A model generated the notes under the pieces. That model worked only from the letters and a program-made list of their open reading frames with translations, had not been told where the DNA came from and searched no databases. Below, piece by piece: positions 36,680-49,530 of a stretch of DNA of 64,000 nucleotides. This stretch comes from Squalus acanthias (Eukaryota). Position numbers and translations under genes: made by a program. Positions within the stretch are counted from its first letter, which is position 1; every line of letters begins with the position of its first letter. The stretch is taken from positions 109,556,001 to 109,620,000 of the forward strand of contig CM059431.1 in the NCBI GenBank assembly GCA_030390025.1, read 5' to 3'.

Positions 36680-38213
36680 TGTAAAATTCGCAATTATCGC
36701 GATTTGAAATAACGAGATAAAGCAGATTAGTTTCATCAGTTTTATTTCAACGAAATGCTGTCATGATTAAACAGGACACAGAAGCCTGTAAAATGGCCGC
36801 CGCGCCTCGTGGCAGAAGCTTCCAGAATTTTCAGTGGGCAGACAAGATGGCGTTCGAATAAACATTTCAGTATAAGATTGGTTAATACGCAGCAAACACT
36901 GATAAAGACAGGATGCAACCTGTCTGCATTCGACACAATAGCAAAGATATAAGTGCTGGAATCATTTTCCATGCACAAGTAAGGACCATTGTAATGGGCA
37001 ATCGAAGGCCCATCCCGATACATCAATACGCAAATTCCCCACGGCTCTACAATGAGAGAGCCATTCTCGGGTGATTAAGTCAGTATTCGAGGAGGCCGCA
37101 AAACCAGTCAGGGAGGCTCCTAGCCGGTTCGACAATGGGGAAAACATTAACGGGTAGTTGGCCAGTTACAGGTGCTACCGAAACCCATTACAGACAAGAA
37201 TCACCCCATGCTGGGAGTTTTGAGCGCCAATATTTTACAAAGGACAAACATTAAGATTTGGGCGGGAGATAAGAAAATACAGCACTATAACTATAGTGAA
37301 CAAACGTCCATCTCTCTCTTATTCTCTCGGCTGGCTCTTATTCTCTTATTCCCTGGATTCGACTCTTATCTCTGCTGACTCTTGACTCGGGCTGAGCTCT
37401 TGACTGTTTTATCTCGCTGATGACTGCTGAACTTTTATTCTCCTATTCTGATCCTCAGGTATCGCTCTACTGGACGAGCAGCCTTCTGTTTTTCTCTGGA
37501 CTCTGTTGACTATGTTGGGTGGAGCTCGAACGGAACGAGCCACCTCGACGAAGGCCAGTGACCGGGTGCACCATCTCGAGAGTCGGTAAACGGTGTCTGG
37601 ACCCGAAGGCCCGAAGAGACGAGACGAGACGAGACGAGAAGAAGAGGAGAAGAATCCACGTACCGCCACGGTCAGTAAACCCCAACCGCGCCCGAAAATA
37701 CAAGAAAGAACTGCAGCGAAACGAGCTGAGTGCCTCACTTTAAAATTCTCCGAAGTATCACGAGTGGTGAGCATGTTTCCCGATCCTACAAATCTAGATT
37801 AGTGTAGGTATTGATAGGGGAGGGTGGTTTTATTAAGGATAAAGTATAATGTGTTCCCCTTTTTACAATGTGCCGTGCGTTCTTCATTACCATAGACCAA
37901 GCTTTAGGAATGTATGTATACTTGTACTATCGTTAATTTATGCCTATGACATGTACTTTATGATTTTAGACGCTATGCAATAAAGATTTCCATTTCGTAC
38001 TATTCAACCGGGTCTATCTGAGTTTTTCTCTGCATTACTGCTCTCGCACCTAAGTCCAGTGTTAGAACCGTAAGGGCGAGTGGGTCGAACCACTCACAGG
38101 TGCTTATTGCAAGAAGGCTGGCCGGAGACCAGAGCAAGCAATAGTATTAGGCAACGAAGGCCTAACCCCGCACAAGCACCGTCTGCGATACAAGCACGAC
38201 ACAACCCCTTACA
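36680..38213 (+). mobile_element. Solo LTR, 1534 bp (family A, copy 2)
   Basis: TGTAA...TTACA termini with 4-bp TSD CCAG/CCAG. Colinear with 26672-28335 except for a ~180-bp internal deletion. Confidence 0.85.
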
Positions 38214-38354
38214 CCAGTCACCATAACGGGCATACATCCAATTTCTGCTCCACCCCTCCCCCCCCCCCACATAGACTGGCAGGGATTAAATACATCTGTT
38301 ATCTTAAATTCCATTAGTGGAAGTATTACGCACAGGGAAAGTAAAGGGAGCCAT

Positions 38355-38915
38355 GTTTTTTTTATTCGTTTATGGGATGTGGGCATCGCTGGCAAGGTGA
38401 GCGTTTATTGCCCATCCCTAGAAGCCCTTGAGAAGGTGGTGATGAGCCACCTTCTTGAACCGCTGCAGTCCGTGTGGTGAAGGTACTCCCACAGTGCTGT
38501 TAGGGAGGGATTTTGACCCAGTGACGATGAAGGATCAGCAATATACTTCTAAGTCACGATGGTTTGTTACTTGGAGGGGAACTTGGAGGTGGTGGTGGAG
38601 TTCCCATGCGTCTGCTGCCCTTGTCCTTCTAGGTGGAAGAGGTTGCGGGTTTGGGAGGTGCTGCCGAAGAAGCCTTGGCGAGTTGCTGCAGTGCATCTTG
38701 TAGATGGTACACACTGCAGCCACGGTGCGCCGGTGGTGGAGGGAGTGAATGTTTAAGGTGGTGGATGGGGTGCCAATCAAGCGGGCTGCTTTGTCCTGGA
38801 TGGTGTCGAGCTTCTTGAGTGTTGTTGGAGCTGCACTCATCCAGGCAAGTGGAGAGTATTCCATCACACTCCTGGCTTGTGCCTTGTAGATGGTGGACAG
38901 GCTTTAGGGAGTCAG
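38355..38915 (-). mobile_element. LINE family B 3' fragment
   Basis: EYSPLAWMSAAPTTLKKLDTIQDKAARLIG. Confidence 0.85.
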
Positions 38916-40572
38916 TTGAGGAGCAGTTAACTTTGTCAACATCATATCAAGTATTTCTGTTTTGCAGATGAGCTAGTATTACACATCTCTACCTCTTTTT
39001 CCTTGGGTTGTCAGGCCTGACACTACTTTAGTAGCAAACCTGAGTATGAGTCACAAATAAAGAGGATTGTTGGGCTATGAATAAAAGAGAAAGTGGAAAT
39101 CATTCCCATCACCAGACCATTGCAAGTTCCTACAGAAGGTCTGGTAACCAGTGTGCAGGATTTGGATTCACCTGAATTTAGGTGATCTTCTAAATCTCTC
39201 TCAAAATACGCTCCCAGGAGGGTTAGGTTGTAGAATTGAGTCAGATGGGCTTTTTCCATATTTATTTTGTTGTTTACTTGTTTTTATTTAACCACAGAAG
39301 GGATTACCGAACAGCTAGACAGCAGATGTCAACAGGTTAAAATATAAAATCTAATCAATTAAGGGTGAACGGGGGGTGGGGGGGGGGGGGGGGGCGGGGG
39401 ATAGTGCAAGGTAGTTGTCAATCACAGAGAATGCTTTTATCAATTAGTCTGAAGATTTGGAGTCATTAGTTCCTGACAGTAAACTCTACTGCATCAGTGC
39501 TAACTGATAGCGGGTTTGTGTTTAGTCTTCAACTACAACAACAACTTGTATTTATATAGCGCCTTTAACGTAGTAAAACGTCCCAAGGCGCTTCACAGCA
39601 GTATTCTAAGACCAAAAAAAGTACTGTAAAAATGGATACACTTCTGGTGACGTGTTAGAAGTAGGCTGGGGCCCAGTAACTGCTCAAAGCCATTTTGTCT
39701 GTAATGTTATTCTGTTTATATTTTTCGCTGGACTGTTGCTTGAAAAGATGATTAAATTGCTGTCCCAAAAGTAGGACTGAAGAACATTACGATGCTGTGC
39801 TGTAATAAATTGCTTTTCAGTTGTATATGAAATTATGTTCAGTCCATGCATAGTGTGTATTATTAATTCAATATGCCAGATTGATGAGTTTCGGCTATAT
39901 CAAGTTTGATGTATTCATTATCGGCACTCAGTACATTAATTCATGCTTAACTCCGGTAAATCAAAATTATACCATCTGGCTTCCTGTTGCTAATGATAAA
40001 TTTGATCCAAGAGTGATTAAAACCGTGAAGCTATTGCGTTTTAATATATAAATTAGGGGATTAAAAAGGCATTTAGGAATGACCAATAGTCAAAGCAATC
40101 CCAATGACAGAACTTAATTTGTGTACTTGCTAATAGATCTCCATTTTAATTAGCAGGCACAGATTTACAGCAGTGACGTGTAGACAAAATATAGTGATTA
40201 TGAAGAAAGAGGTTGTTAAGTTGATTAATTGCCTTTAAAATACTTCTAAATGTAATCCGAATGAAATATATTGATAATTTAACAATGGGCTGTTTAACTA
40301 AAAGATTTGTTGTAGCTACAGTTTGTCATACCCGTGCCGATGAGATATGTAAATGCATATTTTGTCGGTCTAGGTTGAGATGTCAAATCACAATTCGCTG
40401 AGGACGATGTACCTTTTGGCATGAGACATCACAGGCCGAAACGAAGTTGCATTTTAGGTGACTGATACAGTAATGCAGAAGTTAAAATGTTCACTCCCCA
40501 TGATCGTGTGGATGACGACCAGCATTGCAGCTCAAGTCACTGACAGCTTGGCTCCAAACTAAAAGGTCAGAA

Positions 40573-40843
40573 TAAGAACATAAGAAATAGGAGCAGGAGT
40601 CGGCCATTTGGCCCTTCGAGCCTGCTCCGCCATTCAGTAAGATCACTGCTGATCTTCTACCTCAACTCCACTTTCCTGCACTATCCCCATATCCCTTGAT
40701 TCCCTTAATATTCAAAAATCTATCGATCTCTGTTTTGAATATACCCAATGACTGAGCCTCCACAGCCCTCTGGGGTAGAGAATTCCAAAGATTCACCACC
40801 CTCTGAGTGAGGAAATTTCTCCTCATCTCAGTCCTAAATGGCC
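40573..40843 (-). mobile_element. CR1 3' fragment
   Basis: NFLTQRVVNLWNSLP plus a tail. Confidence 0.85.
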
Positions 40844-41378
40844 TAGAATACACGCTAACCTTACATCGTACAGCATACGCCCTCATCTTGTTGCCCTCCT
40901 TGGTATGACATGGCTCTAGAAGTTCAGAAATCAACATATTTCACACAGCATTCAATCATTTCCACCTGTGTTTACCCTTATCACTATCCATTCCCACGTA
41001 GATGTCTATCGAGATAGCTTGTTAAATGTACAGATCAACCACAATCTCATTGAATGGCAGAACAGGCTCGAGGAGCTGAATGGTCTACTCCTCTTCCGAT
41101 GTAACTATGTAACTGTGCAAAGGTACTACTCAGTGGCATTAACTCCTTTAGCTCTGGTTCTAAAATGTCACTATAATACTATTCAGATTTCATAGCAGAA
41201 AAAAACCGATTGATTTTGAACTCTGAGGTAAGCAACATTCAACAAATATAGTTTTAGTAATCAGTTTTTCTCTTTTGCCAATATACAAGTCAAAATGGTA
41301 TGTTCTTCTCCATGCGTTTGAGCACCGGTTAATCTGCTCTACATGTCTTATGGAGTGGTTTCAGCAAGCTAAAGAAAA

Positions 41379-41556
41379 TGATACAGATTTACAAACTTAG
41401 AGAAACATTTATACATAGAAACTGCCAATTGACATTGCATTTTTAAAATGACATAATAGCTATTTCTAGCTGTCTAATATTATATAATGATGTTGGAAAG
41501 AAGAAGCCGTCTGGTCTAACAGTGTGATGGTACAGGCTACAGATCTGACTGAGTGC
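41379..41556 (+). repeat. Local duplication unit (second copy at 42388-42490 plus 52064-52138)
   Basis: Direct sequence match. The second copy is split by the compound LINE insertion. Confidence 0.85.
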
Positions 41557-41845
41557 TTAAATGTGCATATAATTGAGAGGTTTTACCCATGAGCTGAAGC
41601 TTGAGTAGGAAGTTAATACTGAGGAAATCAGGAAAATGAAAATGGTATGACACACACGCAAAGACCATCTGGGCATATATATCACCATTGTTGCAAGGGT
41701 CCAAAATGGTCCAAATTAAGTCAAAGTTTACTATTCAAGCATATAGCCAAAATGGTTTAATTCAGATCATGGGTTTTCCATTCAGCTTGGCCCTAATTAC
41801 TATCCCGTATACTACGTCTTGACATTGATTGAAGCTGCCAGCACA

Positions 41846-42372
41846 TAAGAACATAAGAATTAGGAGCAGGAGTTGGCCATACGGCCCCTCAAGCCTGCTC
41901 CACCATTCAATAAGATCATGGCTAATCTTTTACCTCAACTCCGCTTTCTCGCCCGATTCCCATATCTCTTGGTTCCCTTAGTGCCCAAGAATCTATCGCT
42001 CTCCATCTTCAATATCCTCAATGACTGAGCCTCCAGAGCCCTCTGGGGTAGAGAATTCCAAAGATTCACCACCCTCTGAGTGAAGAAATTTTTCCTCATC
42101 TCAGTCCTAAATGGCTGACCCCTTATCCTGAGATGATGAACCCCTGGTTCTAGACTCTCTAGCCAGGGGAAACAGCCTCTCTACATTGGCAGCTGGTGTA
42201 CTTTCCCCAGCCTTGTTGAGGTACAGCCATGAGAACATAAGAACACAAGAAATAGGAGCAGGAGTAGGCCATTCAGCCCTTCGAGCCTGCTCTGCCATTC
42301 CATAAGATCATAGCTCATCATTGACCCCAACTCCACATTCCCGCCTCATCCTCATATCCTTTGATTCCCTTA
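41846..42372 (-). mobile_element. Two adjacent CR1 3' fragments
   Basis: Two CR1 tails (CATAAGAACATAAG.. GGAGCAGGAGT on the + strand) at ~41846 and ~42232. Confidence 0.8.
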
Positions 42373-44874
42373 AACACATACCTTAGATGATACAGATTTA
42401 CAAACTTAGAGAAACATTTATACACAGAAACAGCCATTTGACATTGCATTTTTAAAATGTCATAATAGCTATTTCTAGCTGTCTAATATAATATTTTTTT
42501 ATTCATTCCTGGGATGTGGGTGTCGCTGGCAAGGCCAGCATTTATTGTCCATCCCTAGTTGCCCTTGAGAAGGTAGTGGTGAGCTGCCTTCTTGAACTGC
42601 TGCAGTCCGTGTGGTGAAGGTACTCCCACAGTGCTGTTAGGGGGGGAGTTCCAAGATTTTGACCGAGCAACTATGAAGGAACGGAGATATATTTCCAAGT
42701 CAGGATGGTGTGTGACTTGGAGGGGAACTTGGAGGTGGTGGTGTTCCCATGCGGCTGCTGCCCTTGTCCTTCTAGGTGGTAGAAGTTGCAAGTTTGGGAG
42801 GTGCTGTCGAAGAAGCCTTGGCGAATTGCTGCAGTGCATCTTGTAGATGGTACACACTTCAGCCACGGTACGCCAGTGGTGGAGGGAGTGAATGTTTAAG
42901 GTGGTGGATGGGGTGCCAATCAAACGGGCTGCTTTGTCCTGGATGGTGTCGAGCTTTTGAGTGTTGTTGGAGCTGCACTCATCCAGGCAGGTGGAGAATA
43001 TTCCATCACACTCCTGACTTGTGCCTTGTAGATGGTGGAAAGGCTTTGGGGAGTCAGGAGGTGAGACACTCACCACAGAATACCCAGCCTCTGACCTGCT
43101 GTTGTAGAAACAGTATTAATGTGGGCTGGTCCAGTTAAGTTTCTGATCAATGGTGACCCCCAGGATGTTGATGTTGGTGATGGTAATGCCGTTGAATGTC
43201 AAGGGACGGTGGTTAGATGCTCGCTTGTTGCAGATAGTCATTGCCTGGCACTTGTGTGGCATGAATGTTACTTGCCATTTATCAGCCCAAGCCTGAATGT
43301 CGTCCAGGTCTTGCTGCATACGGGCACAGACTGCTTCATTATCTGAGGAGTTGCGAATGGAACTGAACACTGTGCAATCATCAGCGAGCATCCCCACTTC
43401 TGACCTTATGTTGGAGGGAAGGTCATTGATGAAGCAGCTGAAGATGGTTGTGTCTGGGACACTGCCCTGAGGAACTCCTGCAGCGATGTCCTGGGGCTGA
43501 GATGATTGACCTCCAACAATCATAACCATCTTCCTTTGTGCTAGGTGTGACTCCAGCCAGTGGAGAGTTTTCCCCCTGACTCCCATTGACTTCAATTTTA
43601 CTAGGTCTCCTTGATGCCAGACTTGGTCAAATGCTGCCTTGATGTCAAGGGCAGTCACTCTCACCTCACCTCTGGAATTCAGCTTCTTTGTCCATGTTTG
43701 GACCAAGGCTGTAATGAGGTCTGGAGCCGAGTGGTCCTGGCAGAACCCAAACTGAGCATCGGTGATCAGGTTATTGGTGAGTAAGTGCCGCTTAATAGCA
43801 CGGTCGATGACACCTTCCATCACTTTGCTGATGATTGAGAGTAGACTGATGCGGCAGTAATTGGCCAGATTGGATCTGTCCTGTTTTTAGTGGACAGGAC
43901 ATACCTGGGCAGTTTTCCACATTGTTGAGTAGATGCCAGTGTTGTAGCTGTACTGGAACAGCTTGGCTAGAGGCGCAGCTAGTTCTGGAGCACAAGTCTT
44001 CAGCACGATAGCCGGGATATTGTCAGGGCCCATAGCCTTTGCTGTATCCAGTGCGCTCAGCCGTTTCTTGATATCACGTGGAGTGAATTGAATTGGCTGA
44101 AGACTGGCTTCTGTGATGGTGGGGACCTCAGGAGTAGGCCGATATGGATCATCCACTCGGCACTTCTGGCTGAATATGGCTGCAAATAATTCAGCCTTGA
44201 CATTTGCACTCGCGTGCTGGGCTCCGCCATCATTGAGGATGGGGATGTTCATGGAGCCTCCTCCTCTCGTCAGTTGTTTAATGGTCCACCACCATTCACG
44301 ACTGGATGTGGCAGGACTGCAGAGCTTTGATCTGATCCAATAGTAGTGGGATCACTTAGCTCTGTCTATAGCATGCTGATTCCGTTGTTTAGCATGCATG
44401 TAGTCCTGTGTTGTGGCGTCCCCAGGTTGGCACTCATTTTTTAGGTACGCCTGGTGCTGCTCCTGGCATGCTCTTTCACATTCCTCATTGAACCAGAGTT
44501 GTCCCCTGGCTTGATGGTAATGGTAGAGTGAGGGATATGCCAGCCATGAGGTTACAGATTGCGGTAGAATACAATTCTGCTGCTGCTGAATGCCCACAGC
44601 GCCTCGTGGATGCCCAGTTTTGAGCTACTAGATCTGTTCTGAATCTAAAACATTTAGCACGGTGGTAATGCCACACAACTCAATGGAGGGCATCTTCAGT
44701 GTGAAGACAGGACTTCTTCTCCACAAGGAATGTGCGGTGGTCACTGCCACTATAATAGCGCCACCTGGTGACTACTGATGTATATAATAATAAAGCACAT
44801 GGGCAGTACAGTTCTTACTGGGAGCCATGTTGTGCTGTTGTATATATATGCTGTGTCCCAAGATATCACAGAAC

Positions 44875-44893
44875 TGGCGACGAAGATGAGATT
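44875..44893 (+). promoter_or_regulatory. Primer binding site complementary to tRNA-Ser(GCT) 3' end
   Basis: TGGCGACGAAGATGAGATT versus the expected TGGCGACGAGGATGGGATT. Confidence 0.75.
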
Positions 44894-45042
44894 GCGGATT
44901 CCCTAGATGAAATTTTTGTTGGAGGATAATCCTTCCAACCGACGGAGGGACTGTTAGATGTTCTTCGCTTTGCAGAGAAACTTAAAAATCTGAGGTAATT
45001 GCGAGCACACGTGGTTGAACTGTCGACGTTGCCAGAGTCCAC

Positions 45043-48000
45043 ATGGCCACGCCTAGGGGAATAATAGGGTGCTTGGGTGAGTTCGATCGCAACCGAGAGA
45101 CTTTCGGAGCGTATGTGGAGCGGCTAGAAATGTTTTTCACCGCGAATAGTATCGTCAAAGTCCTCGATGATGAAAACCGTAACCGGGTGGTTTTAGGAAG
45201 GAAACGGGCTTTTTTTTTTGACTGAAGCAAGCCCCGAGGTGCATGAAACCCTGGAAAATTTGCTTGTTCCCACCAAGCCAAAGGACACGCTACTGAACAG
45301 CACTACAGTCCTGAGCCCCTGGAAATAGCTGAAAGTTATCGTTTTGGAACACGCGATCAATTAAATGATGAGGGTATCAGTGAGTACATTGTAGCATTAA
45401 AAAAGCTATCCATTCACTGTCATTTCGAAAACTTTCAGGACCGAGCTTTGCGTGACCGCTTTGTTTGTGGGTTGAAAAATGAACGTATCAGAAGTAAATT
45501 GTTGACAACCCCTAACCTGACTTTTGACTTAGCTTGCCAGACAGCTATGTCGATGGATATGGCCGACCGATACTCCCGTGCCATTTCCAGTCGTCAGACA
45601 ACCGAGGTGAATCAGCTGCAGGCTAAAAGTAAAAGGCAGTTGGGCCCCAAGGCCTCAGCAACTGACCAAGGTACCAGTGTATTGAAGTCGTGCCATCGGT
45701 TCCTGGGACAACACATCGCTCAAAGCTGTCCACATGTGAAGGCAGAGTGTTTCTACTGCAAGAAAACTGGGCATCTTGCGAAGGCCTGCCGACAGAAGAG
45801 TAAACCGACTGGCAATGCTAGAAGTAGGAATCGCCAGACACTAAGTACCGTTGTATGGCAGCAGCAGGACGAGGAGGTTCTGGAGATTCACGTCATCAGG
45901 AGCAGCGATTCGTGAGGTATCGTCATCCAAGTAGATGTCACAGGAACCAGGATACCCATGGAAATCGACACTGGTGCATCCGTGAGCGTAGTGTCGGAAT
46001 CACTATATCGCGACAAGTTGCGTGATTATCGACTAGAGAAATCAAAGGTAGAGCTGCGAGGCTACTCAGGAGAGCAAATCCCTGTCGTAGGAAGTGTCAC
46101 CATACCAGTGAAATACAAGGATCAGTGTCAGAGCTTGCCTCTCATAGTAGTGGCAGGAGACAAGCCTGCCTTGATAGGTAGAAATTGGTTGGGATCACTG
46201 AAGCTGGATTGGAATGAGATTTTTCGTGTGGAAGCGAAATTTGCATTGAAAGATGATGTCATCAAGCAGTATCCAAAAGTGTTCAGTGAAACGGGCAGTC
46301 CGATCCAAGACTTCAAGGCGAGTGTCAGTGTCAGAGTGCAGAAGGACGCAACACCAGTTTACTGCAAGCCACGTCCCGTACCATACGCACTCAAGGAGAA
46401 AGTTGAGCAAGAACTCAAAAGACTAGAAACTGAGAACATTATCTCTAAGGTAGATCTGAGTAATTGGGCTACACCCATTGTTGTTGTACCCAAGTCAGAT
46501 GGTAAGGTAAGGTTGTGTGGTGATTATAAGGTAACCGTAAACCAGGTTCTAGAGTGTAATCTACCCAATACATTGCCAAATGTGGAAGATTTGTTCACAA
46601 CGCTGACAGGTGGCCAGATCTTTTCGAAGTTAGATCCAACAAACGCCTACCTACAACTTGAGTTAGATGAAAAGTCCAAGTCATGCTTGACTATAAATAC
46701 TCACCGAGGCCTATATCAGTTCAATAGGCTACCATTTGGAGTGTCTTCCGCCCCCCGACATATTCCAGGGGGTGATGAACCAAATATTGCAAGGGATTGA
46801 AGGGGTAGTGTGTAATTTGGATGACATACTCAGCACCAAACAGGCAAATCCATGATGAGGTGTTGAATGAAGTGCTCAAACGGCTAGAGAAGCACGGAGT
46901 ACGAGTGACAGCTCACAAGTGTGAGTTGTTTCAAAACTCAGTGGAGTACTTAGGGCACAGAGTAGACAAAGATGGTTTACATCCAACCAAGGGAAAGCTG
47001 GATGCAATCAGAAATGCACCCACTCCCAAGAATGTCTCTGAACTTCGATCATTTTTGGGTCTTTTGAATTATTACAGAAAGTTCCTCCCAAACTTGGCTA
47101 CATTGTTACATCCACTGAATGAGCTGTTGAGAAAACAGGTCCCTTGAAAGTGGTCAGAAGAATGTGACTTAGCATTCAAAGAGTGTAAAAGCCAGTTAGT
47201 AAAGAGTTAGTTCACTATGATGTATGTAAGGAGATCAAGCTAGCGTGTGACACCTCTCCGTACGGAGTTGGGGCAGTGATCTCTCATGTACTAGATAGTG
47301 GGGAGGAGAGACCAATTGCTTTTGCTTCACGCACTCAGTGCCAGTGAGCGGAATTATGTGCAGATTGAAAGGGAAGCTTTGTCATTGGTTTTTGGGGTCA
47401 AGAAGTTACACAAATACTTGTTTGGTCGTAAGTTTACCATAATTACTGACCATAAACCCCTGACAGCAATCCTCCATCCAAAGTCCCCAGTTCCAACCTT
47501 AGCTGCAGCCCGAATGCAGAGATGGGCTTTGATTTTGTCAGCGCATACGTATGACATTGAGTACAGACGATCAGCTGATCACAATAATGCTGATGCTATG
47601 TCCAGGTTGCCATCCCCATCACAAGTTACACCCAATAGGGAAGAAGTGTTCTATTTCTCATACATTGATGAGCTGCCAGTCACAGCTGAAGAGATTGGTA
47701 GGGCAACCAAACGTGACCCAATTATGTCAAAGGTGTATGATTACACAGCAAATGGATAGCCAAACCAGGTATCAGAGGAAGATATCCATCCACACTTCAT
47801 TTGTAGGAATGAATTGTCAGTGGATAAAGATTGTATCATGTAGGGAGCAAGAGTGGTTATCCCAAATAGGTTCAGGTCTAAAATGTTAGGAGATCTTCAT
47901 GACCAGCACCTGGGAATGTGCTTGATCAAGAGCTTTGCACGCAGTTACTTATGGTGGCCAGGTTGAGATAAAGTGCATAGTCAGTTAGAAACATAGAAAC

Positions 48001-49530
48001 TAGGAGCAGGAGTAGGCCATTCGGCCCGTCGAGCCTGCTCCACCATTCAATACGATCATGGCTGATCATCCAAATCCAGTACCCTGTCCCTGCTTTCTCA
48101 CACATAATCCCCATCGAGCCTGCACCGACACATATCCCACCCTATCCCCGTAACCCCACGTATTTAATTCCCCCTAACATATCCCATCCTATCCCCGTAA
48201 CCCCACATATTTAATCCCCCCCTAACACTAAGGGTCAATTTATCATAGCCAAATCAACCTAACCCGCACATTTTTGGACTGTGGGAGGAAACCGGAGCAC
48301 CCGGAGGAAACCCACGCAGACACGGGGAGAATGTGCAAACTCCACACAGACAGTCACCCGAGGCCAGATTCGAACCTGGGTCCCTGGCGCTGTGAGGCAC
48401 CAGTGCTAACCACTATGCCACCGTGAGCAACATGTCAATTGATGAGCAAGAAACCACCATCAGTACCATTACAGCCATGGAAATGGCCTCCCAGAGTGTG
48501 GCAAACGTTACATGTAGATTTTGCTGAGCTAGAAGGACAGCAATTGTTCATAGTGATAAATAGTCACTCGAAGTGAGTAGAGGTGTTTCTGATGCGGATA
48601 ATAACAAGCAAAACACTAGACAATTTGCGAAGATTGTTTTCTTCATACGGCCTCCCAGAAGAAATTGTGTCTGATAATGGGCCGCAATTTTGTTTAGAAG
48701 AGTTCATATAGTTCATGAGCAGAAACAATGTGAAACATACCAAATTTCCACCGTACCACCCTGCTTGTCAAATGTGCCCTCATCAAGCAAATGTTGGATC
48801 CAAATCTAAAGAAACGTCAGTTGTGTTGGACCACAAACTGGCAAATTTTCTGATTACCTATCGGAATACTCCTCATACCACTACTGGTAGAAAACCAGCA
48901 GAGCTATTTCTCAAACGACAGCCATGAACCAGGTTCTCGTTGTTAAAGCCAAACTTGGCACAGTCCGTAGAATAGAAACAATCAAGGCAAAAAGAGAGTC
49001 ATGATAAAGGTAACGTTAGAGAGAGAAGTGTGAAGTTGAACCAGAAGGTTAGAGTGAAGAACCATCACCATAAATGGTTAAAGTGGTTACCAGGAAGAGT
49101 AGTGAAGATATGTGGCCCTCGCACATATTTGGTCTAGATGTTTGATCATGGAAAGGTTAGGTTTGTTCACGTTGATCACATCTTACCTACAGATGTGGAA
49201 TGAGTTGAAAGCTGGGATGATTCAGTTTATTCTGATGAGTCAGATAGTCTTGTTACAAGTAGAGTACCAGGAGCAAATCCTACATCAGACGTACCAGAAA
49301 CAAGTCCAAGAGAAAGTCAGAATTTAAATCTGAGCCCGAGTCAGGCAGACAAACAGTCTGAAAGTGTAGCGAGTCCAAATGTAGATCAAGGTCAGCCCTT
49401 GGAGAAAAATTCTCCGCAGGCTCAGCCTAGAATGAGACAAAGTCCTACAACAAGATCTGAAAGTTCTGTTCAAGGACAAAGGTATCCTCTTAGAAACAGA
49501 AAACCAGTGGTTAAGTTTAATCTGTAAATA
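45043..49530 (+). pseudogene. Gypsy gag-pol, multiple frameshifts and stops
   Basis: YVERLEMFF, RDRFVCGL, CFYCKKTGHLAKAC (zinc knuckle), IDTGAS (protease), RLCGDYK/RLPFG (RT), TDHKPL/NADAMSR (RNase H), VSDNGPQF (integrase). Confidence 0.9.
47986..48425 (-). mobile_element. HE1-like V-SINE inserted in the Gypsy integrase region
   Basis: tRNA head GGTGGCATAGTGG..GGTTCGAATC, V-domain GTGGAGTTTGCACATTCTCCCCGTGTCTGCGTGGGTTTCCTCCGGGTGCTCCGG and a CR1-derived tail. Confidence 0.87.

Noticed and set aside
26672..38213. Single 11.5-kb provirus bounded by the two LTRs
   Set aside because: Each LTR has its own different TSD, there is no PBS after the first or PPT before the second, and the interior is ordinary repeat-laden DNA.
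48350..48425. tRNA gene (also at ~53370-53421 and ~51960-52048)
   Set aside because: These are tRNA-derived heads of SINE/LINE elements with no complete cloverleaf.
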